64,000 nt of DNA, from positions 61,532-125,531 of IMG/VR virus record IMGVR_UViG_3300028412_000004; one strand, written 5' to 3'. The translations under genes and the position numbers were made by a program. Below are positions 18,707 to 28,511 of the stretch, in pieces (positions within the stretch are counted from its first letter, which is position 1; each line of letters begins with the position of its first letter). This DNA is from a virus. The notes beneath the pieces were generated by a model, which was given only the letters and a program-made list of their open reading frames with translations, had not been told where the DNA came from and searched no databases.

Positions 18707-21700
18707 ATGGCCGATCGTGAAGATAGAGATAAGATACGCTCCGACGAGGACTGTGAAAAAGAATTCCAGCCCCCTGTGGATGATTTGTGTCTGCCGGCAG
18801 AGTCGGAACGCAGACCAGTTCCGTGTGAAGAATCTGACGAAGACTGTGTTGACGGCTTCAAGTTCCCCGAGGCTGTTATACCAGCAGAGCCTACCGACTT
18901 CGACACACCGGTCCCTCTCACACTTCGTAACATTGAGATCACACTGAATTGTCTCGAAGAGCTCAGCGATACAGTGGGAGTCTACCCCACCAACGTCGAC
19001 GACATCTTCTACTGGGAGACACTACCGGGAGTCAGTCCTGCACAGCTCACCTATATTGCTGCGTTGAGTCAGGCGGCTAGGAACAGTGTAATGGGGGCCA
19101 CCAATGCCACGATCGAAACCGCGCTGGACGTGTCCGCGGAGCAGGCAGAATATTTCAGCACTACATTCGATGCCGCTGTAGCGACCGCAGCTTCCAAAGG
19201 AGGTTACGGGACTTCGGTAACGACACCTGTCGGCTTGTTTACCGACAGCGTAGATTGGAGAACTATTCCTCGCATTACAGAATCTAAACTGGATTACATC
19301 AGCAAACTGCTTCCAGCTACGCAAGAGTCTGCTATCCTGATGTCGCCGACAGACTTGGAAGAGACTTTCAAACTCAGCACAACGCAAGCCACGTATTTCA
19401 GAGCATTTATAGATGCTAAGCTGAGTGACCTGAACGCTATAGCTTACGTGCAAACGGAGCTGAGTCTTCGCTGTTATTGGCAGAATGAGTTCCAAGATGC
19501 GGACTGCCCTGCTGCGAAATTAATAACTTCTCTAGGTGTCACTAGTTACGAGATAGTAGCAGGCGATTCTAGATTCCACTCATACAACAGCCAAGAGGAA
19601 GCGAACGCGCTGGCCTACACTGCCGCACTCGCCGAGCTAGAGTGTTGGTACGGTAACGATGCATTACAAGTAGACTGTGGTGACGAGGGGTTCCCAGACC
19701 TAGTTCCGGGTAATATTCACGTAGATAGTGTAGGAGGTGATATTGACAACACGGTGACGACATCAACCGGCCCAGGGCTGGATACCACAATACAGGTGGG
19801 CGTTGTTACAGTAGAAGCGCTCGACACAAGGTTCGCGTCACGTAGCGGCGCCGTCACAGCAACGGATGCAGCACGTGTTTACGCCATATCATTACTGGAA
19901 TGCCGCTATAGGAACGCATTAAGGTCGGCAACGTGTGCAGTCAATACAGGGCCTGACGAAGCCCCTATCACAATAGACCTTCAACCAGGGACGCCTTATG
20001 GTAATTTAGGACAAGTTGTAAACGTACTCCCGGACTACACTGTTTCTGAGATTTCTCAAATTGACGCTGACGGACTCGCGGCAACTCTGGCGGGGTCCCT
20101 CCTCGACTGCTACTACTCGAACCCCGAAGTAACTGCAACGTGTGGCAATATACCTATAGGTCCCGAGGAAGCGCCAGTTATATATATCCCAAACGAAACT
20201 GTTACTGTAGACAGGCACGGAGCGCTGGCCTACTCAAACACCATACCAGCCAACACAACCCGCTCATACATAAGTAAGCAAGAAGCAGAAGATCAGGCTG
20301 ACGCACTCGCAGCGGCGACTCTGTATTGCATGTATTGTTCTAAGGAGATAGATCCGCTTTGTGATAGCACCCCATCGTCACTCTCTTTAACTCTGGGTAT
20401 GGTAGAAGGTGCACTATGTGGCCCTGATCCAGCTTCTATACAAGAAGAAGCTAAAGCACTCGCACGCATTCCTGTAGTGGAGGGAGATCTATGTGAGTAC
20501 GGCAACGATGAAGTAGTTGGAGCGTGTGTTGCTGGCGCTGGTATAGATGCGTCGCGTTTCCCTGAAGGTACAGCAGGGGTGGCTACCGGAGTATACCCAC
20601 CTCTCGGGGAAACCGTCGTAATACCTGCTAACACTATAGTTGTAGCGGATGCAGCAATAAACGCAGCAGCAGCTAAGGCGAATGCGAACGCTCAGGCTGA
20701 AGCGCTCGCCCTAGCTGTAATGGATTGTTTCTACACAAATAACGATGTTACGCTCGAATGTGCTCAACCTGTCGTAAACGACAATTTCACACTACATACT
20801 AGTTCGGCAAAATATCCTGAAGGAGGTCCTGACGCCTCTCCTTTCGGAACCATATTTATTAAGAAAGACACCACCTTCTCCTACGTGAGCCAATCCGCCG
20901 CCCAAGATCAGGCAGCCGCTTTGGCGTTCAGTATGCAGGTGTGTTTATACGGGAATAATCAAGTGACGATTTACTGCGACACCCCTATAGACGAATACGG
21001 ACCAGGCTTCGACGACAGATCAAACATTGCCGGCAACGCCCCAACGCCTGTATTAGAGGATACAGTGGTTACTTTAGATGGTGTGCAATCCTACCAGCTG
21101 GCTAGTGTAATAGGGGCGGCGCGGTTAAAATGTTTATTTGAAAACGAGGTTGCATACACCCACACGTGTGGGAGTATGATTGGTAACAATATTGTATCAG
21201 TCGAGGTGGCCGGTTCTGCGGGCAAATACCCAGATAGCGAGTCGCCGGGTACAGTAAACGTAGCGGTAGGTACTGTACTTTCTTCTTTAAGTATAGCAGA
21301 CGCAGACGATCGTGCTGAGGTGTTAGGCCGATCTCATGTAAATTGTCAGTATACAAACCTAGCTTTCACGCTGGATTGTTTTGATACATACATGGGTGGA
21401 GATGGCAGCTCATACGACGCTACCGCTATGGCACCAGGGGCGAAAGGTACAGTAACCGTGGCGGCTGGCGCTGTTGTCGCTCCTACTATAGGCGGTGCGC
21501 AGGACGATACTGTATCTTTAGCAGCTTCACAGTTGCTATGTATTTACGTAGGTAAGGCGTCGGTGACGGGACGTTGTGATAGTAGTTCTGATATTGTTAT
21601 ACATGAGATAACTATACCACCAGGTATAATTTTATCCGCGGAAGGTGCCGACGACGCTGAAGCCCAAGCCCAAATCCTGGCGGACGCAATTACAATTTGC

Positions 21701-22168
21701 GGAGGTAGCAGCACCTCCACGAGCACCTCCACTGGCACCTCCACCGATCCTCCTCCGTCCGGTTCCAGTAAAGATACTGCGATTGTTTTAGCGCCGTGGT
21801 TGGGGGAGGGCGGCTACACAGCTCTCTTCGTGGAAGAGCAACCTGAGGTTGTATTCAGCGACCACTTCGATGCGAAGATAGAAAAAAGAGTTTCCAGGTT
21901 TAAACTAGACTCTAGATTTTTCGATGTTTGTGAAAGGAACACGGTGAAAGTGGTAGGTGTCGTACCTAATAGACCGGGAGTGGTTGGTGTTGAGGTGGAC
22001 CTTGAAACCAACGAACTTATTGTGCGCGTGGGATGGTTCTCCAGTATAACGCGAGTGACTGGTCGTATAGCTGGTGTGCGGAAAGGGTTTGACCGCCTAA
22101 GATTCCCAACTAAAACTAGGGAAGACTTCGAATTAAACGAAGATTGGCTTAACCGAGATAAAAGATAA
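18707..22168 (+). CDS. Cys-rich repetitive tail fibre or adhesin (DUF5977-like repeats) with a chaperone-like C-terminal domain
   Basis: About 11 modules bounded by C-x-Y-x-N...C, containing SQ(E/I)(E/D)A(N/D) elements. A Ser/Thr linker precedes a C-terminal domain (YTALFVEEQPEVVFSD...IAGVRKGFDRLRF). Confidence 0.6.
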   Translation: MADREDRDKIRSDEDCEKEFQPPVDDLCLPAESERRPVPCEESDEDCVDGFKFPEAVIPAEPTDFDTPVPLTLRNIEITLNCLEELSDTVGVYPTNVDDIFYWETLPGVSPAQLTYIAALSQAARNSVMGATNATIETALDVSAEQAEYFSTTFDAAVATAASKGGYGTSVTTPVGLFTDSVDWRTIPRITESKLDYISKLLPATQESAILMSPTDLEETFKLSTTQATYFRAFIDAKLSDLNAIAYVQTELSLRCYWQNEFQDADCPAAKLITSLGVTSYEIVAGDSRFHSYNSQEEANALAYTAALAELECWYGNDALQVDCGDEGFPDLVPGNIHVDSVGGDIDNTVTTSTGPGLDTTIQVGVVTVEALDTRFASRSGAVTATDAARVYAISLLECRYRNALRSATCAVNTGPDEAPITIDLQPGTPYGNLGQVVNVLPDYTVSEISQIDADGLAATLAGSLLDCYYSNPEVTATCGNIPIGPEEAPVIYIPNETVTVDRHGALAYSNTIPANTTRSYISKQEAEDQADALAAATLYCMYCSKEIDPLCDSTPSSLSLTLGMVEGALCGPDPASIQEEAKALARIPVVEGDLCEYGNDEVVGACVAGAGIDASRFPEGTAGVATGVYPPLGETVVIPANTIVVADAAINAAAAKANANAQAEALALAVMDCFYTNNDVTLECAQPVVNDNFTLHTSSAKYPEGGPDASPFGTIFIKKDTTFSYVSQSAAQDQAAALAFSMQVCLYGNNQVTIYCDTPIDEYGPGFDDRSNIAGNAPTPVLEDTVVTLDGVQSYQLASVIGAARLKCLFENEVAYTHTCGSMIGNNIVSVEVAGSAGKYPDSESPGTVNVAVGTVLSSLSIADADDRAEVLGRSHVNCQYTNLAFTLDCFDTYMGGDGSSYDATAMAPGAKGTVTVAAGAVVAPTIGGAQDDTVSLAASQLLCIYVGKASVTGRCDSSSDIVIHEITIPPGIILSAEGADDAEAQAQILADAITICGGSSTSTSTSTGTSTDPPPSGSSKDTAIVLAPWLGEGGYTALFVEEQPEVVFSDHFDAKIEKRVSRFKLDSRFFDVCERNTVKVVGVVPNRPGVVGVEVDLETNELIVRVGWFSSITRVTGRIAGVRKGFDRLRFPTKTREDFELNEDWLNRDKR

Positions 22169-22998
22169 TGCCTAGTTACTCATCACAGGGATCCTCTAAA
22201 AGCGGCAGTTCCAGCTCCAGTTCGAGCGGCAGTTCCAGCTCCAGTTCGAGCGGCAGTTCCAGTTCAAGTGGTAGCACTAGCTCAAGTGGTAGTGTTAGCG
22301 GCAGCGTGAGCGGCAGCGGCAGCGTGAGCGGCAGCGTGAGCGGCAGCGGCAGCGTGAGCGGCAGCGGCAGCGTGAGCGGCAGCGTGAGCGGCAGCGGCAG
22401 CGTGAGCGGCAGCGGCAGCGTGAGCGGCAGCGGCAGCGGCAGCGTTTCCGGATCTGGATCTGGTAGCGCAGAGTGTAGCTGTCTGGCACAAACCGACGTA
22501 TACACTGAAGGCGGTAATAATGGAGAAGGTTCTGGGGCCAGAAGCTACAGGACGGCTATTAGTGGTAGTTGGTCAAATCGTACGGGGAACGTGTTCAGCG
22601 ATACTGCAGCCGGTTATCAAGAAGTGTCAGTTAATTTTTCGGTGTGTGACGTAGAATCCGCGAGATTCTCTATAGTCATGGACCCGGACCTCCCCGGCCA
22701 GGTCGCTAGCATCACATGTTCGGTAAATGGTACAACACTCTCTGCCCTTGATCTATCTATAAACGGAGATGCGTACACAGCCACGCCGGCCACAGTGGAC
22801 ATAGATTTCAACTCCAGTCAAATAGATATCTTCTCTCCTAGACGTCTCTCCGTCTATTCCAGCGGCAGCGCTACGGATACAACTAATTTTATGAATAATG
22901 ACAGCTGTGCGGCTGCTATTGAAGTAACCGTAACCTGTAATAATGACGGCGGGTTTAACGCTTTAGTGTTAACGTATGAAGGAGTCACTACGTTATAG
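22168..22998 (+). CDS. Ser/Gly-repeat protein with a beta-sandwich C-terminal domain (putative fibre or surface protein)
   Basis: The first ~100 aa are almost only S, G and V; start overlaps the upstream stop (TAATG). Confidence 0.6.
   Translation: MPSYSSQGSSKSGSSSSSSSGSSSSSSSGSSSSSGSTSSSGSVSGSVSGSGSVSGSVSGSGSVSGSGSVSGSVSGSGSVSGSGSVSGSGSGSVSGSGSGSAECSCLAQTDVYTEGGNNGEGSGARSYRTAISGSWSNRTGNVFSDTAAGYQEVSVNFSVCDVESARFSIVMDPDLPGQVASITCSVNGTTLSALDLSINGDAYTATPATVDIDFNSSQIDIFSPRRLSVYSSGSATDTTNFMNNDSCAAAIEVTVTCNNDGGFNALVLTYEGVTTL
22201..22444 (+). repeat. In-frame tandem repeat array (two exact plus one diverged 24-nt unit, then AGCGGC/AGCGTG hexamer mosaic)
   Basis: AGCGGCAGTTCCAGCTCCAGTTCG at 22201 and 22225; hexamer array from about 22297 to 22444. 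Confidence 0.95.
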
Positions 22999-23020
22999 AT
23001 TTAAACTCGAATGTGTGATT

Positions 23021-24085
23021 ATGTTAAAAGACCATTTCAGCAAAACCGTTATATTAACTACCAAAGGTCGTGAGGATAGAGCAGAGCAAGCTCTGTCTAA
23101 GATGCGGCGGCAGGGGCTTATAGAGAGTCCTGACGACATTGAACTAGTCTACGGGATTATGGGTAGCGACCTACCGCCTCCAGCATGGTGGCGCGCCGGA
23201 GGCGGTGCGTGGGGTTGTCTTTCGTCACACATAAGAATACTGCAGGATGCTTGGCAGCTGGGCGTCCCTGAGATACTTATTTTAGAGGATGACGTATGCT
23301 GGGTGCCTGAAGCCTTAGATATCCTAGACAGCAGCATGCCCTACGCTCCGGATAACTGGGGACAAATGTACCTAGGAGGACAACACAGAAAAAGACCTCA
23401 AGTAGTGTCGGACTTTTGGCTGGCGGCGCAGAGTGTTAATAGAACGCACGCTTACGCTGTCAGCAGGAAGACTATACCGCGTATGTTACAGCACATCCAA
23501 TACGCCCCGGACTACATCAACAGCCCGTGGCCGAGGCATATTGATCACCAATTAGAGGTGGCACATCAACGCGGTGATTGGAACATCATAGCCCCAAACT
23601 ACTGGATTGCAGGACAAGATGAAAATCACTCTGCGATAAATGGACGGCACCATTTTAAACAGTGGTGGGACTGGTATGAGCCCTCTGCCCCGGGAGAATC
23701 TCCGTTTGTAGTCATCCCCAAGGACTTTAATTACGACCCTCACATAACTATGCTGCACGAGGGTTATGAAGAGGATCTTAAAGAAAAAGTTTCCAACAGC
23801 TTGCACCGAGCGGCGGTGTTTTTAGCTATGAAAACTGTGGCGCAGCAAGCGTGGGGTTTACGGAGGATGCCTGCTATACGCGTGGAAGACAAAGACATGC
23901 TGGCGGTGCGTGAAACTTGCTGGAGCTCTGGGATCGTTGATATAGAGGATATGACACAAAGTAAATTCCAAGAGTTCTTAAAACCAGATACTTTTAGATT
24001 CAAACCATTGTCTACTACCGCCCCAGAAGAGACGGATACCTCCGCAGAGGTTCCGGAACCAGCAGTGCTAGACGACAGATTGTAA
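23021..24085 (+). CDS. Glycosyltransferase, GT25-like
   Basis: GCLSSHIRI...ILILEDDV, WGQMYLGG, THAYAVS and IDHQL match family-25 motifs. ATG at 23021 is preferred over 22976. Confidence 0.8.
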   Translation: MLKDHFSKTVILTTKGREDRAEQALSKMRRQGLIESPDDIELVYGIMGSDLPPPAWWRAGGGAWGCLSSHIRILQDAWQLGVPEILILEDDVCWVPEALDILDSSMPYAPDNWGQMYLGGQHRKRPQVVSDFWLAAQSVNRTHAYAVSRKTIPRMLQHIQYAPDYINSPWPRHIDHQLEVAHQRGDWNIIAPNYWIAGQDENHSAINGRHHFKQWWDWYEPSAPGESPFVVIPKDFNYDPHITMLHEGYEEDLKEKVSNSLHRAAVFLAMKTVAQQAWGLRRMPAIRVEDKDMLAVRETCWSSGIVDIEDMTQSKFQEFLKPDTFRFKPLSTTAPEETDTSAEVPEPAVLDDRL

Positions 24086-24104
24086 AACCTTAAGCCTGAC
24101 AGAC

Positions 24105-26516
24105 ATGCCACTTAATTTTAAACCTTTAGAGTTGCAAAAAACTGATATCTTCATCGAAACCGGAACACATGTAGGAAACACTATAGCGAAGATAAAAGAC
24201 GACTACAGTGAGATACACACTGTGGAAATAGTGCCGGAGTGTTACGAAGCTGTAAGGAAGAAATATACAACTGACCCCCACATAAATTTTCACTTAGATG
24301 ATTCCCCAACAGGACTTACCAAAATACTAAAGAATGTAACAACACCAGTTACATTCTGGCTAGACGCGCATGTCCAAGATATGTCCCAGCCCGCCGGGAC
24401 AGGGGCTCCTTTATTGGAGGAGTTGGAAGTTATTAAAAATCACGTTGTGAAAACACACATGCTATTAATAGACGACGTGCGCCTTTTCAAAAAGTATGGG
24501 ACTACGGTGGAAAAGGTTAAGAGTAAAATACTGGAGATTAACAAAGACTACACATTCGAATTCGGTCGAGGTTACATTGCTAATGACGTGTTAATAGCAA
24601 GAGTAGGAGGTGCTAAAACCAAAGAGAACAATACCACAATGTTGAGTGAAGCTTTAAGAATATTAAAGGATACCGGTCACCCGACTCGCAGCGTTGTGCA
24701 TGTAGGCATGCATAACGCTACGGAAGTTGACGCCTACAAACGTGCCGGATTTTCGGATATTGTATACATAGAAGCTGACGAAGCACTTTGTGTCGCGCAG
24801 GCAGGGCGGAAAGATATAGAGGTCATCAACGCAGTGGTTAGCGACGTGGAAGGGGAGGTCTCGTTTTATAAAGCTTCGAACCGGGGTGTATCCTCGTCTA
24901 TTTTAAAACCAACCGCGCACCTGGATAACTTTCGTAATGTAAAGTTCGACGCCCCGGTAAAGCTCAGAGCAGAAACACTGGATCAGGCGCTTCAACGCTC
25001 CGGCAACTATAACGCGGATACAATAGACTTACTGGTATTAGACATCCAGGGAGCAGAGCTTCTCGCACTTAAATCATTTTCAGATCTACACAAGGTAGCT
25101 GTGGTGAAGGTAGACGTGCATACGAAAAGCTTCTACAAAGGCGCCACCACAATAAATTCGCTGTTAAATTTCTTCACCAAAAATAATTTCAGAATGGTTA
25201 AATATAGCAGATCTAAATACGGATCGGCTATATTTGTGAACTCCGCGCGACGGCAAGTGCGGGATTACACTTTTGCAGTGCCTGTTAACGAGCCCTACTA
25301 CGCCGGGTCGCACGGGGGCTTGATGGATCAAATCCTTGCAATGTTTGAGAATAGGTTGTACGCCGAGACAGCTCTGAACACTCGTGTAGCCTTTAGGGTG
25401 ACTGTCAACGACCACTGTCCAGGTTCTCTATTGGATTTCTTCGAGCCTATACCTCGTGTAACTTATTTCAACGATGAGGCGCCTTACAGTGAGCCCTTCG
25501 CACACAATAGGTCCCCCAGGTGGTTGTCTAGGTATCCCAACGCTAGTATAATTGCACGCACTCAAGATCTTAAAGTCAAACCTAAGATCGAACAACATGT
25601 TATAGACATACTGAACAACAACCCTAACCTACTAGCGGTACATGTCCGAAAAACAGATAGAGGCTGGCGACACCGCCTCTCACTAAATACAAAAGAAGTC
25701 TACAGAAGATGCGACGAGCATACCGGCCCTATATACTTAGCGACGTGCTCTCCCGCGATACAGCGTAGTATGGCGGAACGATACGGAGGGCGTCTCGTCA
25801 GTTTTGGTCCTGTCGAGAATAAAGGTGGTCGTAGGTGTACCAGCCTAGAACACGCGGTCGTAGACCTCGCCGTATGCTTAGAAGCGCCTGAATCGCTACC
25901 AGATCCTTGCAGCGGGTGGTGTTACTTTACAAGAGCATTCAGGGAGGCGGGCAACTCCCTTTTAAAGACTTCTAAAAGTCTGGCACTTAAAAAGGAGGTT
26001 AAGATAATTAGTTTCTATTCTGAGCCAGAGGAGTTCTCGACTTATTACACCAAGCACAGCCAGCGCTTCGTCGAAAATTGTCGTCAACTCGGGTTGGATT
26101 GTTTTGTAGAACACTTGGAGGGACACGGCGATTACTGTAAAAATACGCTTCTTAAACCTAAATTTATAAAAGAATGTTTATTGAAATTTAAAACGCCTGT
26201 TTTGTGGTTAGACGTAGACTCTACTCTAGAAACTAGACCTGACTTCAACAGCTTCAGAGATAGTGACTTTGCAGCCGTCAGACAGCGCAGTAAGTTGGGA
26301 CTGCATGCTTACTGTTTGTATTTTAACGATACGGCAAAGTCACACGAGATACTGGATAGGTGGATTGCTAAATGCGCTGCGTGCGAGGACCCGCTCACGG
26401 CAGATCACCAGCATCTGGCGTGGTCGGTAGAAAAGAAAGACATACACTTTATGAAAACAGCCCCAAAATTAGTGTTCTCACCTAAGTCCGAGATTGTAAG
26501 TAAGAAATGGACGTAA
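24105..26516 (+). CDS. Four-domain glycan-modifying enzyme: SAM methyltransferase + FkbM-type methyltransferase + O-fucosyltransferase/NodZ-like GT-B + GT-A transferase
   Basis: IFIETGT/FWLDAH/LIDDVRLF; VVHVG/SSSIL/IDLLVLDIQGAEL; AVHVRKTD/IYLAT/AVVDLAVC; KPKFIKECL..PVLWLDVD (DxD). Confidence 0.7.
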   Translation: MPLNFKPLELQKTDIFIETGTHVGNTIAKIKDDYSEIHTVEIVPECYEAVRKKYTTDPHINFHLDDSPTGLTKILKNVTTPVTFWLDAHVQDMSQPAGTGAPLLEELEVIKNHVVKTHMLLIDDVRLFKKYGTTVEKVKSKILEINKDYTFEFGRGYIANDVLIARVGGAKTKENNTTMLSEALRILKDTGHPTRSVVHVGMHNATEVDAYKRAGFSDIVYIEADEALCVAQAGRKDIEVINAVVSDVEGEVSFYKASNRGVSSSILKPTAHLDNFRNVKFDAPVKLRAETLDQALQRSGNYNADTIDLLVLDIQGAELLALKSFSDLHKVAVVKVDVHTKSFYKGATTINSLLNFFTKNNFRMVKYSRSKYGSAIFVNSARRQVRDYTFAVPVNEPYYAGSHGGLMDQILAMFENRLYAETALNTRVAFRVTVNDHCPGSLLDFFEPIPRVTYFNDEAPYSEPFAHNRSPRWLSRYPNASIIARTQDLKVKPKIEQHVIDILNNNPNLLAVHVRKTDRGWRHRLSLNTKEVYRRCDEHTGPIYLATCSPAIQRSMAERYGGRLVSFGPVENKGGRRCTSLEHAVVDLAVCLEAPESLPDPCSGWCYFTRAFREAGNSLLKTSKSLALKKEVKIISFYSEPEEFSTYYTKHSQRFVENCRQLGLDCFVEHLEGHGDYCKNTLLKPKFIKECLLKFKTPVLWLDVDSTLETRPDFNSFRDSDFAAVRQRSKLGLHAYCLYFNDTAKSHEILDRWIAKCAACEDPLTADHQHLAWSVEKKDIHFMKTAPKLVFSPKSEIVSKKWT

Positions 26517-26597
26517 TCAAAAATAATAATTGCTACCCTGAATGAATCAAGAGACTCTGTAGCATCTTCCCATTAAACCCACACTAGCGCTACTACA

Positions 26598-27959
26598 ATG
26601 CTGCACGCCGCTTTAAAAATATTCAAGGATACTGGACACCCGACTCGCAGCGTTGTGCATGTGGGTATGGGGCGTATGGACGAGTTATCACACTACAAAA
26701 AAACAGGATTCTCCAACGTCCTGTTCGTAGAAGCTGACGAAGTGCTTTGTGTCGCGCAGGCAGGTCGGAAAGATGTGGAAATCATCAACGCTGTAATCAG
26801 TGACGTTGCCGAAGAGGTCTCGTTTTATAGAGCTTCGAACCGGGGCCTGTCCTCATCTATCCTAAAGCCAGAAAAGCATATAAAACACTTCCCAGGTGTA
26901 AAGTTCGCCGCCCCGGTAAAGCTCAGAGCAGAAACACTGGATCAGGCGCTTCAACGCTCTAATAACTATAACTCGGATACCATAGACTTACTGGTATTAG
27001 ACATCCAGGGAGCAGAGCTTCTCGCGCTTAAATCATTTTCAGATCTGCACAAGGTAGCTGTGGTGCAGTTGGAAGTAAACTTTGTGGAGCTGTACAAGGG
27101 TGGCGCTAAAATGAACGAAACACTAGAATTCTTCTACAAAAACAATTTTAGACTGGTTAAATTCAATAGCACTAGGCATGGGTACGGGGATGCAATTTTT
27201 GTAAACTCCTCCAGGTGGCAGGTGGCGGATTACACTTTTGTGGTTCATACTGCTGAGCCTTTTTGTACACGTGTAGAGGGTGGTATGGTGGACCAACTAG
27301 GGCACATATTTAAAGGACGTCTATTTGCTGAGACAAGCGCAGGCGTCTATTTAGAGACTAGCTTAAGAAGCCTCCACACTCCCGGTCGCGGAGGTATCTT
27401 TGACTTCTTTGAGCCTATAGCTCGTGTAAATTTCAGCAAGCAGCCGAGGAAAGACGCGTGTATGTTTAAACAGCATGAGCCTTGGTGTAATGCGAAGAAT
27501 CACTGGAGCATAACAGCGCGCGCTGGGGATCTTAAAGTAAAACCTAAGATCGAACAACATGTTATAGCCATACTGAATAACAATCCGAACCTGTTAGCGG
27601 TACATGTCCGCAGGGGTGATAAAGGTTGGGAAAACCCGCTCGCGGTTTCTATGGAGGAAGTCCTTCACAGGTGCGACGCTCATGACGGTCCTATCTATCT
27701 CGCAACGGATACCCCCGAAGTCCAGCAAGACATGATACAACGTTACGGGGAAAGACTCATTTATTTCGACACCGTGCGCCCCTCGTCTTCGTGGAGGAAG
27801 ACAAGCCTAGAACACGCGGTTGTAGACCTCGCCGTATGTGTAGAAGCTCCCGAAGTGTTGCCAGACACGTGCAGTGGTTGGTATCACTTGATTACAGCTT
27901 TCAGAGAAGTAGGAGCTTCCCTGCTGCGTACTTCAAAAAAGCACACCCCAAGCGCGTGA
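26598..27959 (+). CDS. FkbM-type methyltransferase fused to a fucosyltransferase-like domain (paralog of the middle of the preceding gene)
   Basis: LVLDIQGAEL, EVNFVELYKG, GYGDAIF; AVHVRRGD, IYLATD, AVVDLAVC. Shares nucleotide-identical blocks with 24639-25975. Confidence 0.75.
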   Translation: MLHAALKIFKDTGHPTRSVVHVGMGRMDELSHYKKTGFSNVLFVEADEVLCVAQAGRKDVEIINAVISDVAEEVSFYRASNRGLSSSILKPEKHIKHFPGVKFAAPVKLRAETLDQALQRSNNYNSDTIDLLVLDIQGAELLALKSFSDLHKVAVVQLEVNFVELYKGGAKMNETLEFFYKNNFRLVKFNSTRHGYGDAIFVNSSRWQVADYTFVVHTAEPFCTRVEGGMVDQLGHIFKGRLFAETSAGVYLETSLRSLHTPGRGGIFDFFEPIARVNFSKQPRKDACMFKQHEPWCNAKNHWSITARAGDLKVKPKIEQHVIAILNNNPNLLAVHVRRGDKGWENPLAVSMEEVLHRCDAHDGPIYLATDTPEVQQDMIQRYGERLIYFDTVRPSSSWRKTSLEHAVVDLAVCVEAPEVLPDTCSGWYHLITAFREVGASLLRTSKKHTPSA

Positions 27960-27968
27960 ATAGAAACC

Positions 27969-28511
27969 ATGCATAAGAAACCTATGTCACCACAAACAGC
28001 TTGCAATAAGGCCAAGACCGCATTCCCGGAAGACCCTGACGAAGCTCTAGGTCCTATAGTCCGGATGCAGTGGCTCATGATCAAATCCCGCAGAAAAGGT
28101 CTAAGTGAGGAGGAGTTCCGGGAATACGTTGACATAGTGGACAAGAACTCCGAAGAGATATCGAAGTGGCACGAACGCTGGTTGTGCTCAGTGTTTGACA
28201 CCTACGCTGAGAATGGTGAAGCTGTTTTTCTCGTGTTTAGTGTGATGCGTATGATGGAAAAGATGGCGTGTCCGCGTAAGAGTATTTCTGATCAATTTGT
28301 ACGTTCCGTAAGTCTGAACAACATGGACATACACACAGCACTGGCGTATAGGATAAAAAAACTTCAGAAAGGGCACCCTTACATGTCTAAACTTACAACC
28401 AGTATGCTTAAACAAATCGAAGCAGATAAAGGATCTGTATTGGGCCGAGTTTCTCTTCTAAGGAAGCCTGGTGAGTCTGTTGTAGACGGTATGAATCGTA
28501 TACTAAAATGA
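27969..28511 (+). CDS. Hypothetical protein of the glycan cassette
   Basis: 180-aa helical ORF. Its RWLCSVFDTYAE segment recalls uncharacterised proteins of polysaccharide loci (recollection, not verified). Confidence 0.5.
   Translation: MHKKPMSPQTACNKAKTAFPEDPDEALGPIVRMQWLMIKSRRKGLSEEEFREYVDIVDKNSEEISKWHERWLCSVFDTYAENGEAVFLVFSVMRMMEKMACPRKSISDQFVRSVSLNNMDIHTALAYRIKKLQKGHPYMSKLTTSMLKQIEADKGSVLGRVSLLRKPGESVVDGMNRILK

Noticed and set aside
22201-22444. Repeat array as a CRISPR locus
   Set aside because: Units are 6 or 24 nt, contiguous, without unique spacers, and inside a coding frame.
22176-22505. Antisense ORFs with poly-LP, poly-Ala/His and Cys-Arg repeats
   Set aside because: They are alternative readings of the AGCGGC/AGCGTG array, which has no stops in those frames.
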